Shown: piece by piece, positions 1 through 14,221 of the stretch | How positions within the stretch are numbered: the stretch's first letter is position 1 | Layout: each line of letters starts with the position of its first letter | Assembly: GCA_965209055.1 (NCBI GenBank) | Contig: OZ242374.1 | Coordinates: 1,216,001-1,280,000, forward strand | Length of the DNA stretch: 64,000 bases | Direction: 5' to 3' | DNA from: Acidobacteriota bacterium | Lineage (GTDB): Bacteria; Acidobacteriota; UBA6911; RPQK01; JAJDTT01 | Position numbers and translations under genes: made by a program | The notes under the pieces: generated by a model | The model's input: the letters and a program-made list of their open reading frames with translations, nothing else | The model's database searches: none | What the model was told of the DNA's origin: nothing

Positions 1-101
1 GCAGGTTCCTAATGTCAGATTTTCTTCATGGCGCCGACCGGGTTTCGGGAGAAGTTACCCGATGACCGGACCAGGCCGGACCAAGCTGGGAGTTATTGCG
101 C

Positions 102-3100
102 ATGTCTGAACTCGTCGAGAGTGTCAATGGAGAGCGCGTCGATTTTGCCAAGATCAGGACCGTCTTTCCGATTCCCAACCTGCTCGAGGTCCAGAAGCAG
201 TCCTATCAGCGATTTCTCCAGATGGACCTGCTTCCTTCCGAGCGGGAGGACATCGGCCTGCAGGCGGTCTTCAACTCGGTATTTCCCATCGCCGACTTCA
301 GAGGCATCTCATCGCTGGAGTTCGTGGACTACTCCATCGGGAACTGGGAGTGCAAGTGCGGGGAGATCAAGGGGATCGAGAAGCTGCGGAGTTCCTGCGC
401 CAGTTGCGGCGAGACCCTGGTGGTGAACCCGTACAGCGTCGAGGACATCACCTGCCGCAGTTGCGGCTCGCGGAATCCCAACAAGGTGGAGCGTTGCGAG
501 GCCTGCGGCGATCCGGTTCACCTCAACATCAAGTACAACCTGGACGAGTGCAAGGAGCGGGGGATGACCTATTCGGTTCCGCTCCGCGTCACCATCCGGC
601 TGGTGGTCTGGGACAAGAACCCCGATACCGACGACAGGACGATTCGGGACATCAAGGAGCAGGAGGTCTTTTTCGGGGACATCCCCCTGATGACCGAGAA
701 CGGGCTCTTCATCATCAACGGGACCGAGCGGGTCATCGTCAGCCAGTTGCACCGCTCTCCCGGAGTCTTCTTCGAATCCAACCGGGTCAAGAAACATTGC
801 CTGGCCAAGATCATCCCCTACCGGGGATCCTGGGTAGAGTTCGAGTTCGACGAGAAGAAAAACCTGCTCCACATCCGGATCGACCGCAAACGGAAGTTTC
901 CCGCCACCGTCTTCCTGCGCGCGCTGGGACTGGAGACCGACGAGGAGATCCTGCGCACCTTCTACACCGTCTCCACGATTCGGGTCGGAGCGGACGGCAG
1001 ATTGTTCCGGAAGCTGGATGAATCGTTGATCGGGACCCGGTCCAGCCACGGCGTCCCGGACCCGTCCGATGAGGATCGCCCTCTGGTCCGGGCCGGACGG
1101 AAGTACAGCCAGACCAGCTATTCGCGAATGCTGAAGGCCGGCGTGGACGAGGTGGAGATCGGAATCGAAGACTTGCAGGGAGCCATGTCGGCCGCGGAGG
1201 TCGTCGATTTCAAGACCGGCGAGATCCTGCTGGAGGCCAACAACTTCGTCGCCGAGAGCACCGTGAACCGGGCCATCGAGGCGGGCATCGAGGAACTGGC
1301 GGTCTTCTATCCGGAGTCGGACGACGTGGGGACGATTCTGACCGATACCGTCAAGAAAGACGCGGTCAAGTCCCGGGAGGAAGCGCTCATCGAAATCTAC
1401 CGGAAGCAGCGGCCCGGCGATCCTCCCACGCTGGATACGGCGACGGCCCTCTTCAAGGGGATGTTCCAGGATCCCAGGCGGTACGACTTCTCGCGCGTGG
1501 GCCGTCTGAAGCTGAACATCAAGCTGGGTCAGGACATTTCCCTCGACGAGCGGACCCTTTCCACCAGCGATTTCTGCCAGATCGTCGACTACCTGATGAG
1601 GCTCGGGAACAACCTGGGGGCCGCCGACGACATCGACCACTTGGGGAACCGGCGGGTCAGAGCCGTCGGAGAGCTCCTGGAGAACCAGTTCCGCATCGGC
1701 CTGGTGCGAATGGAGCGGGCCATCAAGGAAAAGATGTCCGTGCACCAGGAGATGACCACGGCCATGCCCCATGATCTGATCAACGCGAAGCCGGTGACGG
1801 CCTCCATCCGGGAGTTCTTCGGCAGCAGCCAACTCTCCCAGTTCATGGATCAGACCAATCCGCTTTCGGAGATCACCCACAAGCGGCGGCTCTCCGCTCT
1901 CGGGCCGGGCGGCCTCAGCCGCGAACGGGCGGGGTTCGAGGTACGCGACGTCCACCCCTCCCACTACGGGCGCATCTGTCCGGTGGAGACGCCGGAAGGG
2001 CCCAACATCGGGCTGATCTCCTCCCTGAGCTGCTACGCCCGGATCGACCAGTTCGGTTTCATCGAGTCCCCCTACCAGAAGGTGGTGGACGGCCGGATCC
2101 TGGACTACGTCCGGATCACCGACGCGGGAGACTCCGAATTCAAGATCGCCGAGGCGTATCCCTACGACGACGTGGTGCAGACCAACAAGGTGTTGAGCGG
2201 CCGCAAGAAACGGCTCGTCCGGTCCGAACCGCACGCCTTCTACCTCACCGCCTGGCAGGGCGACAAGCATGTCACGGCCCAGGCCAACGTGGAGGTGGAC
2301 GATCGGGGCCGGCTGATCCGCGACCGGGTGAGCGCCCGGCACGAGGGGAACTTCGTTTTCGTTCCCAAGGATGAGGTCCAGTACGTGGACGTCAGCCCCA
2401 AGCAGTTGGTCAGCGTGGCGGCCAGCCTGGTCCCCTTTCTGGAACACGACGATGCCAACCGGGCCCTGATGGGCTCCAACATGCAGCGGCAGGCGGTCCC
2501 CTTGATTCGGGCCGAGGCGCCGCTGGTGGGCACCGGCATGGAGCGCATCGCCGCCCGCGATTCGGGGGCAGTCATCCTCTGCAAGCGCGACGGAATCGTG
2601 GACAGCGTCGATGCCCAGCGGATCATCGTGCGGGTCATCAGCCAGGACGGAGACGAGACCCGGGGAGCCGGCGTCGACATCTACAAGCTGATCAAGTTCG
2701 CCCGGTCCAACCAGAACACGTGCATCAACCAGAAGCCGCTGGTTCGTATCGGGCAGCAGGTCCGGAAGGGTCAGGTCCTGGTGGACGGTCCCTGCACCGA
2801 CCAGGGGGAACTGGCGCTGGGACGAAACGTCCTGGTGGCGTTCATGCCCTGGCGGGGCTACAACTTCGAAGACGCCATTCTGGTCAGCGAGAAGCTGGTC
2901 AAGGAGGACATCTACACCTCCGTTCACATCGAAGAGCTGGACATCGAGTCCCGCGACACCAAGTTGGGTCCCGAGGACATCACCCGGGACATTCCCAACG
3001 TGAGCGAGTCGGTCCTGGCCGACCTGGACGAGAGCGGGATCGTCCGGATCGGGGCCAAGATCCGGCCCGGCGACATCATGGTGGGGAAGGTGACTCCCAA

Positions 3101-4463
3101 GGGTGAGACCCAGCTCACCCCCGAAGAGAAGCTCTTGAGAGCCATCTTCGGCGAGAAGGCGGGCGAGGTGAAGGACGCGTCCCTCTATGCCCCGCCGGGC
3201 ATCGAAGGAACGGTGGTCGGAGTGAAGATCTTCGCCCGCAAGGGAGTGCCCAAGGACCTCAGGAGCCAGCAGATCGAGGATGAAGAGGTGGCCCGCCTGG
3301 CCAAGGACCGGCAAGACGAGATCCGGATCATCCGCGAAGAGGCCGCCAAGACCATGTTGGATCTGGTCTCCGGCGCCACGCTGGCGGAAGACCTCATCGA
3401 CCTTCAGGGCGAGGTGTTGGGCCGCGAGGGCGACCAGGTCTCGCGCCGCCGGTTGAAGCGCCTCCCGTACCGCGAGCTGGTCGAGGTGGTTCCCGACGAT
3501 GCGAAGCTGCGGCAGGAGCTCGCCGGCCTGTTCCGGAAGACGGAGAGGCAGATCAAGATCCTGCATTCCCTTCACGACGAGCGGCTGGGCCGGATCGAGA
3601 AGGGGGACGAGCTGGCGCCCGGCGTCATCAAGATGGTGAAGGTGTACGTGGCCATGAAGCGGAAGCTCTCCGTGGGCGACAAGATGGCCGGAAGGCACGG
3701 CAACAAGGGAGTTATCGCCCGCATCACCCCCGAAGAGGACATGCCCTATCTGCCCGACGGCACGCCGGTCGAGATTTTGCTGAACCCCTTGGGGGTCCCC
3801 TCCCGGATGAACGTGGGGCAGATCCTGGAGTCGCATTTGGGTTGGGCGGCCAAATCGCTGGGGGTGCACTACGCCACTCCCGTATTCGACGGGGCCGAGG
3901 AGCCGGAGATTCGGTCCGAGCTGCGCAGAGCGAGTCTCCCGGAGGACGGCAAGACGGTCCTCTACGACGGAGTGACCGGCAAGTCTTTCGACCAGAAGGT
4001 GATGGTCGGCTACATCTACATGAACAAGTTGAGCCACCTGGTGGACGAGAAGATCCACGCCCGCTCCATCGGGCCCTACAGCCTGATCACCCAGCAGCCC
4101 CTGGGGGGCAAGGCCCAGTTCGGAGGACAGCGGTTCGGAGAAATGGAGGTCTGGGCCCTGGAAGGCTACGGAGCGGCCCACATTCTCCAGGAGCTGCTGA
4201 CCGCCAAGTCGGACGATGTCCATGGGCGGGCCAAGATCTACGAGGCCATCGTCAAGGGTGAGTCCAACTACACCCCGGGAATTCCCGAATCGTTCAACGT
4301 TCTGATTCGGGAACTCCAGTCCCTGGGTCTGGACGTGGAGCTGGTGGAGCGGCCTCGCAGGAGGTTCCGCCGCCGGTCCGAGATCCGGGAGTCCGTGGAA
4401 TCCATGGTGACCGAAACGCCGGAGGCGGAAGAGGCTCCCGCGCCGGAGACCATGGACGCCTGA
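102..4463 (+). CDS. rpoB: DNA-directed RNA polymerase subunit beta
   Basis: Conserved motifs [21 protein letters not shown] and [21 protein letters not shown]; ATG at 102 chosen over TTG at 96. Confidence 0.99.
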   Translation: MSELVESVNGERVDFAKIRTVFPIPNLLEVQKQSYQRFLQMDLLPSEREDIGLQAVFNSVFPIADFRGISSLEFVDYSIGNWECKCGEIKGIEKLRSSCASCGETLVVNPYSVEDITCRSCGSRNPNKVERCEACGDPVHLNIKYNLDECKERGMTYSVPLRVTIRLVVWDKNPDTDDRTIRDIKEQEVFFGDIPLMTENGLFIINGTERVIVSQLHRSPGVFFESNRVKKHCLAKIIPYRGSWVEFEFDEKKNLLHIRIDRKRKFPATVFLRALGLETDEEILRTFYTVSTIRVGADGRLFRKLDESLIGTRSSHGVPDPSDEDRPLVRAGRKYSQTSYSRMLKAGVDEVEIGIEDLQGAMSAAEVVDFKTGEILLEANNFVAESTVNRAIEAGIEELAVFYPESDDVGTILTDTVKKDAVKSREEALIEIYRKQRPGDPPTLDTATALFKGMFQDPRRYDFSRVGRLKLNIKLGQDISLDERTLSTSDFCQIVDYLMRLGNNLGAADDIDHLGNRRVRAVGELLENQFRIGLVRMERAIKEKMSVHQEMTTAMPHDLINAKPVTASIREFFGSSQLSQFMDQTNPLSEITHKRRLSALGPGGLSRERAGFEVRDVHPSHYGRICPVETPEGPNIGLISSLSCYARIDQFGFIESPYQKVVDGRILDYVRITDAGDSEFKIAEAYPYDDVVQTNKVLSGRKKRLVRSEPHAFYLTAWQGDKHVTAQANVEVDDRGRLIRDRVSARHEGNFVFVPKDEVQYVDVSPKQLVSVAASLVPFLEHDDANRALMGSNMQRQAVPLIRAEAPLVGTGMERIAARDSGAVILCKRDGIVDSVDAQRIIVRVISQDGDETRGAGVDIYKLIKFARSNQNTCINQKPLVRIGQQVRKGQVLVDGPCTDQGELALGRNVLVAFMPWRGYNFEDAILVSEKLVKEDIYTSVHIEELDIESRDTKLGPEDITRDIPNVSESVLADLDESGIVRIGAKIRPGDIMVGKVTPKGETQLTPEEKLLRAIFGEKAGEVKDASLYAPPGIEGTVVGVKIFARKGVPKDLRSQQIEDEEVARLAKDRQDEIRIIREEAAKTMLDLVSGATLAEDLIDLQGEVLGREGDQVSRRRLKRLPYRELVEVVPDDAKLRQELAGLFRKTERQIKILHSLHDERLGRIEKGDELAPGVIKMVKVYVAMKRKLSVGDKMAGRHGNKGVIARITPEEDMPYLPDGTPVEILLNPLGVPSRMNVGQILESHLGWAAKSLGVHYATPVFDGAEEPEIRSELRRASLPEDGKTVLYDGVTGKSFDQKVMVGYIYMNKLSHLVDEKIHARSIGPYSLITQQPLGGKAQFGGQRFGEMEVWALEGYGAAHILQELLTAKSDDVHGRAKIYEAIVKGESNYTPGIPESFNVLIRELQSLGLDVELVERPRRRFRRRSEIRESVESMVTETPEAEEAPAPETMDA

Positions 4464-4506
4464 GGGTCCCAATGCGCGTTCGCTGACACTGTTTGGGAGG
4501 AAAGCT

Positions 4507-8724
<4,218 letters not shown>

Positions 8725-8728
8725 GAGG

Positions 8729-8902
8729 GGCGACTTTCCTGTCGCCCGGTCTTCATTGTTATTGTGCGAGTCGGCAGGGGAGAAGTGTAGAGGGGGGACT
8801 GCCGTCCCGCCTGACCTCCCCTATTGGCGACAGGAAAGTCGCCACTCCCCCGGCGACAAGAATGTCGCCGGTCCTATCCGGCGGTAGGAAAACCGCCGCT
8901 CC
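8729..8902. repeat. Cluster of REP-like hairpins between convergent rpoC and pilin genes
   Basis: GGCGACTTTCCTGTCGCC at about 8729 and its inverse GGCGACAGGAAAGTCGCC at about 8826, plus GGCGACAAGAATGTCGCC and GGCGGTAGGAAAACCGCC hairpins. Confidence 0.8.
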
Positions 8903-8906
8903 TTCT

Positions 8907-9392
8907 CTACTCTTCGGTGGGTCCTTCGCCCGACTCGGCCTCGGTGCCTAATACGGGACTGGCCTGCGTCGGCGTTGATCCGTCGGCGCTGTAGCGGATC
9001 ACTCCAGTCTGATCGGCGAAAAATCCCCGCTGTCCGGTGGTGCCCGCCGTGACGGGAACGGCAGTGACCGTAAACCCGCTGGAGCCGTCCGGCGTCAGGG
9101 TCAGGTTGTAGCCGTCCTTGGTGCCGGATCCCAGCGCCGCATCGATGAGCCCCTGCGCCACGAGTTCTTCCGTGCTCCCGAAGGATCCGTTCCCCACGGT
9201 GGACGCATAGGTGATCTCGCTGGTGACGATGACCCGGAGGGAGGCGATGGCCGAGGTCTCGTTGGCGAAGAGGCGGGAACGCATGAAATTGGGAACCGCC
9301 AAAATGGAGATGATCCCGATGACGGCCACCACGATCATCAATTCGATCAGAGAGAATCCGGCAGCTCCGTCCTTGGGGGAGTGAGAGGGCAT
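8907..9392 (-). CDS. Type IV pilin / prepilin-type N-terminal cleavage-methylation protein
   Basis: G|FSLIELMIVVAVIGII class III signal; start may be as far upstream as 9470. Confidence 0.9.
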   Translation of the reverse strand: MPSHSPKDGAAGFSLIELMIVVAVIGIISILAVPNFMRSRLFANETSAIASLRVIVTSEITYASTVGNGSFGSTEELVAQGLIDAALGSGTKDGYNLTLTPDGSSGFTVTAVPVTAGTTGQRGFFADQTGVIRYSADGSTPTQASPVLGTEAESGEGPTEE

Positions 9393-9567
9393 CGAGCCGA
9401 AGCTGCCGGACTCCTTTCGGATCCGGTCTCCGCAGTCGGAAACCGGAAAGACGCTGGTTCGTCGGAACATCTTTATTTCATCCTCGCTGGCTGTTTCATC
9501 CTTGCATAGTATGAAACGTCGCCGCCCGCGTATCCATGAGAGAAAATGAGGAAAGAGGAAAGCTCCC

Positions 9568-10701
9568 CTACATCTGGGACAATCTTCCCATCAAACTGAA
9601 AATGGGCATGTACATGGACAGCACCATGCCGCCGACGACGATGCCCAGGACCAACATCATCATGGGTTCCAGCAGGGCCAGAAACCGGTTGATGCTGGTG
9701 TCCGCTTCCTCCTCGTAGTAGACCGCCAGTTTCAAAAGCATGTCGTCCAGTGTGCCCGTCAGCTCGCCGATCCGAATGATCTCCGACGCCATTTGGGGAA
9801 AGAGGCCGCTGTGCCGGAATGGTTCCGCCAAGGCGCTCCCCGACTCGACCTCACTCCGGAGCGCCAGCACCGTCTGCTGAAATCGCCCGTTTCCCAGAGC
9901 CCGGGCCGTCAGGTCCATGGCTTCCAGGATGGGGACTCCGCTGGAGAGGAGCGTGGATAGGGTCCGTGCGAAATTGGCCGTCAGGAGTTGGGTGGTCACC
10001 GGACCCAACAGCGGCGCCGCCAGAATGATGCGATCCATCCACATCCGCCCCTTGGCCGTCCGAAAGTAGAGTCCACCCGCTATGGCCCCCATCCCCGCCC
10101 CCAGGCTCAGGAGCAGTCCCCACCGGCTCAGGAACCCGCTGGCTCCCATGACCATCCGCGTCGGCAAGGGGAGGGGGACGTCCAGGTTGGCGAAGAGGGA
10201 CGCGAACACCGGAATCACCCAGACCAGGATGACGCCCAGAACCAGGAACGAAGTCACGATGACGACCGCCGGATAGAGCGAGGCCGAGAGCACCGCCTTG
10301 CGCCATTGCAGCCGTTTTTCCAGGAACCGGGTGAGGCGCTCGAACACGGTGTCCAGGAATCCCCCCGTCTCGCCCGCCCGGACCATGTTGACGAAAAGGG
10401 GATCGAAGACACGGGAATGGCGCTCCAGCGCCGCAGCAAGGGTGGAACCCGATTCCACGTCGTAACGGACCTGGCGCAGGGTGGAGCCCAGGGCGCGGTT
10501 CTCCTCCTGCCGGGCCAGATTCTGCAAGGCCGTCACCAGCGAGACGCCCGCCCCCAGCATCACCGACAGTTGCCGCGTGAAAAGAGCCAACTGCCGGGTC
10601 GAGATCCTTCCGATTCGAGCCTGAGCAATGCGGCGGGGACGAAACTCCCGCCCGTCTGAAATCGCCACTGATACTGGTAACGATTGCGGATGGGAAAACA
10701 A
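9568..10701 (-). CDS. pilC: Type IV pilus inner-membrane platform protein (T2SS F family), N-terminus apparently short
   Basis: LALFTRQLSVML, GETGG, LYPAVV and LLEP...MYMPIF motifs; lies downstream of pilB/pilT. Confidence 0.9.
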   Translation of the reverse strand: MFSHPQSLPVSVAISDGREFRPRRIAQARIGRISTRQLALFTRQLSVMLGAGVSLVTALQNLARQEENRALGSTLRQVRYDVESGSTLAAALERHSRVFDPLFVNMVRAGETGGFLDTVFERLTRFLEKRLQWRKAVLSASLYPAVVIVTSFLVLGVILVWVIPVFASLFANLDVPLPLPTRMVMGASGFLSRWGLLLSLGAGMGAIAGGLYFRTAKGRMWMDRIILAAPLLGPVTTQLLTANFARTLSTLLSSGVPILEAMDLTARALGNGRFQQTVLALRSEVESGSALAEPFRHSGLFPQMASEIIRIGELTGTLDDMLLKLAVYYEEEADTSINRFLALLEPMMMLVLGIVVGGMVLSMYMPIFSLMGRLSQM

Positions 10702-10716
10702 CGAACAGGCGATTTC

Positions 10717-11859
10717 CTAATCGCGCGTTTCTGTAGGTGTCCGCCTGCCACTCGGGAATCGGCGGTTGGGAAACCGCCGCCCCAGGCACCGCGTTAGATC
10801 GGCGGTGTCGGGGGAGACTTCCAGGCAGGCCTCGTGGGAGATCCGGCCCGCACGGACCAGCTCGGCCAGACTCTGATTCAGGGTGCGCATCCCGCTTCCG
10901 GACTGTCCCGTCTGCATGGCCGAGCGGATCTGGTGGAGCTTGTGCTCGCGGATCAGGTTCCGGATGGCCGGGTTGGGGATCAGGACTTCCGCGGCAGCGA
11001 CCCGCCCTTGCCCGTCGCGGGACCGGATCAAGGTCTGGCAGACGATTCCCTCCAGGACCGAGGAGAGGAGGGACTGGATGCGGCCCTGCTGATCGGCCGG
11101 AAACATGTCCAGGATTCTCCCGATGGTGTCGGGCGCCGTTCGGGTGTGAAGGGTCGAGAGGGTCAGGTGCCCCGTTTCGGCCAGCCGGAGGGTGGTCTCG
11201 ATGGTCTCGGTGTCCCTCATCTCTCCCACCAGGACCACGTCGGGGTCCTGCCTCAGGGCCATGCGGAGCGCCGACGCGAAGGAGGGGGAGTCCCCCGGAA
11301 CCTCCCTCTGGCTGACGACGCTCATCTGGTTGTGGTGCACGAATTCAATGGGATCTTCGATGGTGATGATGTGTTTGGCCCGGGTTCGATTGATCCGGTC
11401 GATGAGGGCCGCCAGCGTGGTCGACTTGCCGCTGCCGGAGGAGCCGGCCACCAGAATCAGGCCGTGGGGCCGGGCGGCCACGCGCTCCACCACGGCGGGC
11501 AGGCCCAGTTCCTCCAGTGGTTTGACCTGAAGCGGGATGAGCCGCACGACTGCCGCCGTCTTGCCCCGGCGGGTGAAGACGTTGGCGCGGAATCGGGACA
11601 GCCCTTCCACCTCGAAGCTGAAGTCGATCTCCCGGAGACGTTCGAACCGGGACTGTTGCCGGTCCGACATGATGCCGTAGGCCAGATTCCGTGTCTCTTC
11701 CAGGTTCGGTTGGAGGTGGTTCGCGGCCACCAGCCGGCCATGGACGCGCAGGCAGGGTACGGAATCGGGAATGAGATGCAGGTCGCTGGCGCCGGAGTCG
11801 TGGGCCAACCGCAACAGGTTCAGGATCTGTCCCGTGGGACGCGTCTGGTCAGTCACCAT
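10717..11859 (-). CDS. pilT: Type IV pilus retraction ATPase
   Basis: ASDLHL, Walker A GSSGSGKS, TIEDPIE, LRQDPD, ETGHL and AIRNLIRE signature. Confidence 0.93.
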   Translation of the reverse strand: MVTDQTRPTGQILNLLRLAHDSGASDLHLIPDSVPCLRVHGRLVAANHLQPNLEETRNLAYGIMSDRQQSRFERLREIDFSFEVEGLSRFRANVFTRRGKTAAVVRLIPLQVKPLEELGLPAVVERVAARPHGLILVAGSSGSGKSTTLAALIDRINRTRAKHIITIEDPIEFVHHNQMSVVSQREVPGDSPSFASALRMALRQDPDVVLVGEMRDTETIETTLRLAETGHLTLSTLHTRTAPDTIGRILDMFPADQQGRIQSLLSSVLEGIVCQTLIRSRDGQGRVAAAEVLIPNPAIRNLIREHKLHQIRSAMQTGQSGSGMRTLNQSLAELVRAGRISHEACLEVSPDTADLTRCLGRRFPNRRFPSGRRTPTETRD

Positions 11860-11869
11860 GTTCCGCCGC

Positions 11870-13135
11870 TCAAGCGAGGTGCGTCGCCTTGAGCACCTCC
11901 TCCACGGTGCTGACGCCGGCGCGGACCTTCTCCAGTCCGCTGTCGCGCAGGGTGAGCATCCCCTCGCTGACCGCCTGTTTCCGGATCCTGGTGGCGTCGG
12001 CTCTCCGCAGGATCAGTTGCTGGATGGTTTCCGTCACCTCCATGGTCTCGAAGAGTCCGATCCGCCCTCGGTAGCCGGTGCCGTGACAGGCGGGGCAGCC
12101 CCGGGCGTCGAAGCGGGAGATCTCGAGGATCGGGTCGGGCCCGGTTGCGGCCGGTTCCGGGACAGGTGCCGGGGACCGGTCCGGCTCCTTGCATTCTCCG
12201 CACAGCTTCCTCACCAGCCGTTGGGCGCACACCAGGTTCACCGAATTGGCGATGAGAAACGGAGGAATCCCCATGTCCAGCAGCCGGCCCGGCGTCGACG
12301 CGGCGTCGTTCGTATGCAGGGTGCTCAACACCAGGTGTCCGGTGATGGCGGCGCGAATGGCGATCGCCGCGGTTTCCCGGTCGCGGATCTCCCCCACCAT
12401 GAGGATGTCCGGGTCTTGGCGGAGCAGTGCCCTGAGCGCCGTGGCGAATCCCAGACCCACCGAGTCCTTGGTCTGGACCTGGTTGATTCCCGAGAGGTTG
12501 AACTCCACCGGGTCCTCCACGGTGTTGATGTTCAATCCGGGCTCGTTGAGCCGGGACAAGCAGGTGTAGAGGGTGCTGGTCTTCCCGCTGCCGGTGGGGC
12601 CGGTCGCCAAAACGATTCCATGGGATCTCCGCAGGGCCCGCCTCATGCGGTCGAGGGAGCCCTCCTCCATCCCCAGGTCCGACAGCTTGCGCGGGAGGCG
12701 CTCCCGGTCCAGGATCCTCAACACCAGCTTTTCTCCGAATATGGTGGGGAGCGAGGAGACGCGGAGATCGATCTCCTGGTCCTCTCCGGCCTGCGGCGCC
12801 TTCATCCGGATTCGGCCGTCCTGGGGAAGCCGCCGTTCGCCGATGTCGAGGTCGCCCAGAATCTTGACTCGGGAGATCAGGGCATCTCGAAGGGCCAGCG
12901 GAGGGGAGGCGACCGGATAGAGGACCCCGTCGATCCGGTAGCGGATGCGGAACTCCCCGTCGTAGGTCTCCAGGTGGATGTCGCTGGCTCTCTTGCCGAT
13001 GGCGTCGAAGACGATGAGGTCCACCATGCGGACCACAGGCTCCCGCCCGTCCGGCGGGAGAGAAGTTTCTCCCGGCCGGTTCCGAGTGGAGAGGTCCAGC
13101 GACAGGGTCGGAGATTCGCCTACCGGAACAGCCAT
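11870..13135 (-). CDS. pilB: Type IV pilus assembly ATPase (GspE/PilB family) lacking the usual N-terminal domain
   Basis: ASDIHLE, RLPQDG, GPTGSGKT, tetracysteine CxxC...CxxC GYRGR; start placed at ATG 13135 because the upstream part of the 719-aa ORF overlaps ubiA. Confidence 0.9.
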   Translation of the reverse strand: MAVPVGESPTLSLDLSTRNRPGETSLPPDGREPVVRMVDLIVFDAIGKRASDIHLETYDGEFRIRYRIDGVLYPVASPPLALRDALISRVKILGDLDIGERRLPQDGRIRMKAPQAGEDQEIDLRVSSLPTIFGEKLVLRILDRERLPRKLSDLGMEEGSLDRMRRALRRSHGIVLATGPTGSGKTSTLYTCLSRLNEPGLNINTVEDPVEFNLSGINQVQTKDSVGLGFATALRALLRQDPDILMVGEIRDRETAAIAIRAAITGHLVLSTLHTNDAASTPGRLLDMGIPPFLIANSVNLVCAQRLVRKLCGECKEPDRSPAPVPEPAATGPDPILEISRFDARGCPACHGTGYRGRIGLFETMEVTETIQQLILRRADATRIRKQAVSEGMLTLRDSGLEKVRAGVSTVEEVLKATHLA

Positions 13136-13974
13136 AGATCCAGACCTACGAACAGAAGCAGCCCTAGACTGATAACGCCGTTGACCGTGAAAAACGCGGC
13201 GTTGATCCGGCTCAGGTCGGATGGACTGACGATTCGATGTTCGTAGATCAGGGCGGCCGTCACCAGTACGAGGCCGGCCCAGCTCAACAGGCCCAGATCG
13301 GAGGCGTAAAACGCGTAGCCCAGGACGGCCACCATCGCGGCGTGCAGCAGCGCCGAGACCTTCAGGGCCGCGGCCACACCCAGGCGGCCCGGGATCGAGT
13401 ACAGGCCCATTCGGCGGTCGAATTCCTCGTCCTGGCAGGAATAGATGATGTCGAAACCGGCCACCCAGAGCAGAACGCCCGCCGCCAGGTAGAACGGGTC
13501 CAAGGAGAGCTCTCCCCGCACGGCCACCCAGCCTCCGACCGGCGCAATGGCCAGGGAGAGGCCCAGAAACAGGTGGGACAGCGAGGTGAACCTCTTCGTA
13601 TAGCTGTAGAGCAGGACGATGGCCAGGGCCGCCGGCGAAAGCAGCAGGGCCAGCGGATTCAAGCTCCAGGCCGAGAAGAAGAAGAGCCCCGCGGACGCCA
13701 GAATGAAGCCGATGACGAAACCGGGATTCAGCAGTCCCTGCGGAAGCTCGCGTCCCGCGGTCCGGGGATTGAGCCGGTCCTGGCGCCGGTCCACCAGTCG
13801 ATTGAAGGCCATGGCCGCGCTTCTCGCGCCCACCATGGCTCCCACGATCCAGATGCAGGTTTCTCCGGCGGGGAGTCCCCGCCGGGCCAGAAGAGCTCCC
13901 AGAAAGGCGAAGGGCAGGGCGAAGACGGTGTGCTCGAACCTGATCATCCGCAATGTGAGCACGAGTTGCCGCAT
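13120..13974 (-). CDS. UbiA-family polyprenyltransferase (MqnP-like)
   Basis: IRFEHTVFALPFA, NRLVDRRQD.NPRT, YSYTKRF and GFDIIYSCQD motifs; multiple TM segments. Confidence 0.92.
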   Translation of the reverse strand: MRQLVLTLRMIRFEHTVFALPFAFLGALLARRGLPAGETCIWIVGAMVGARSAAMAFNRLVDRRQDRLNPRTAGRELPQGLLNPGFVIGFILASAGLFFFSAWSLNPLALLLSPAALAIVLLYSYTKRFTSLSHLFLGLSLAIAPVGGWVAVRGELSLDPFYLAAGVLLWVAGFDIIYSCQDEEFDRRMGLYSIPGRLGVAAALKVSALLHAAMVAVLGYAFYASDLGLLSWAGLVLVTAALIYEHRIVSPSDLSRINAAFFTVNGVISLGLLLFVGLDLWLFR

Positions 13975-14059
13975 GGGAGTCGGGGATTATAACAGGCGGT
14001 CTTTCGCTCCTCACGGAGGGGGGGTCCAATCGGCCATTCTTTGCGCACCCGATTAAGGG

Positions 14060-14184
14060 AGGGGGGACTCCGTCCCCCCTAACCTCCCTTGTCGGCGGTT
14101 AGAAACCGCCGTTCCCGGCGGTTGGAAACCGCCGCTCCCGCCGGTTGGAATTCGCCGCTCCCGGCGGTTGGAAACGGCCGCTCC
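14060..14184 (-). repeat. Composite REP-like element plus four spacerless tandem 23-bp REP-like units
   Basis: Units resembling CGGCGGTTGGAAACCGCCGCTCC start at 14093, 14116, 14139 and 14162, preceded by a GGGGGAC..GTCCCCC hairpin. Confidence 0.88.
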
Positions 14185-14221
14185 AAGTCGCCGCTCCTCG
14201 TTCTCTGCTATCTTTGCGCTC

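Noticed and set aside
11870-14029. 719-aa PilB with a novel N-terminal domain
   Set aside because: The extension is an off-frame reading of the ubiA-like gene.
14093-14184. Possible CRISPR array
   Set aside because: Units are contiguous with no unique spacers, match dispersed REP-like elements, and no cas genes are present.
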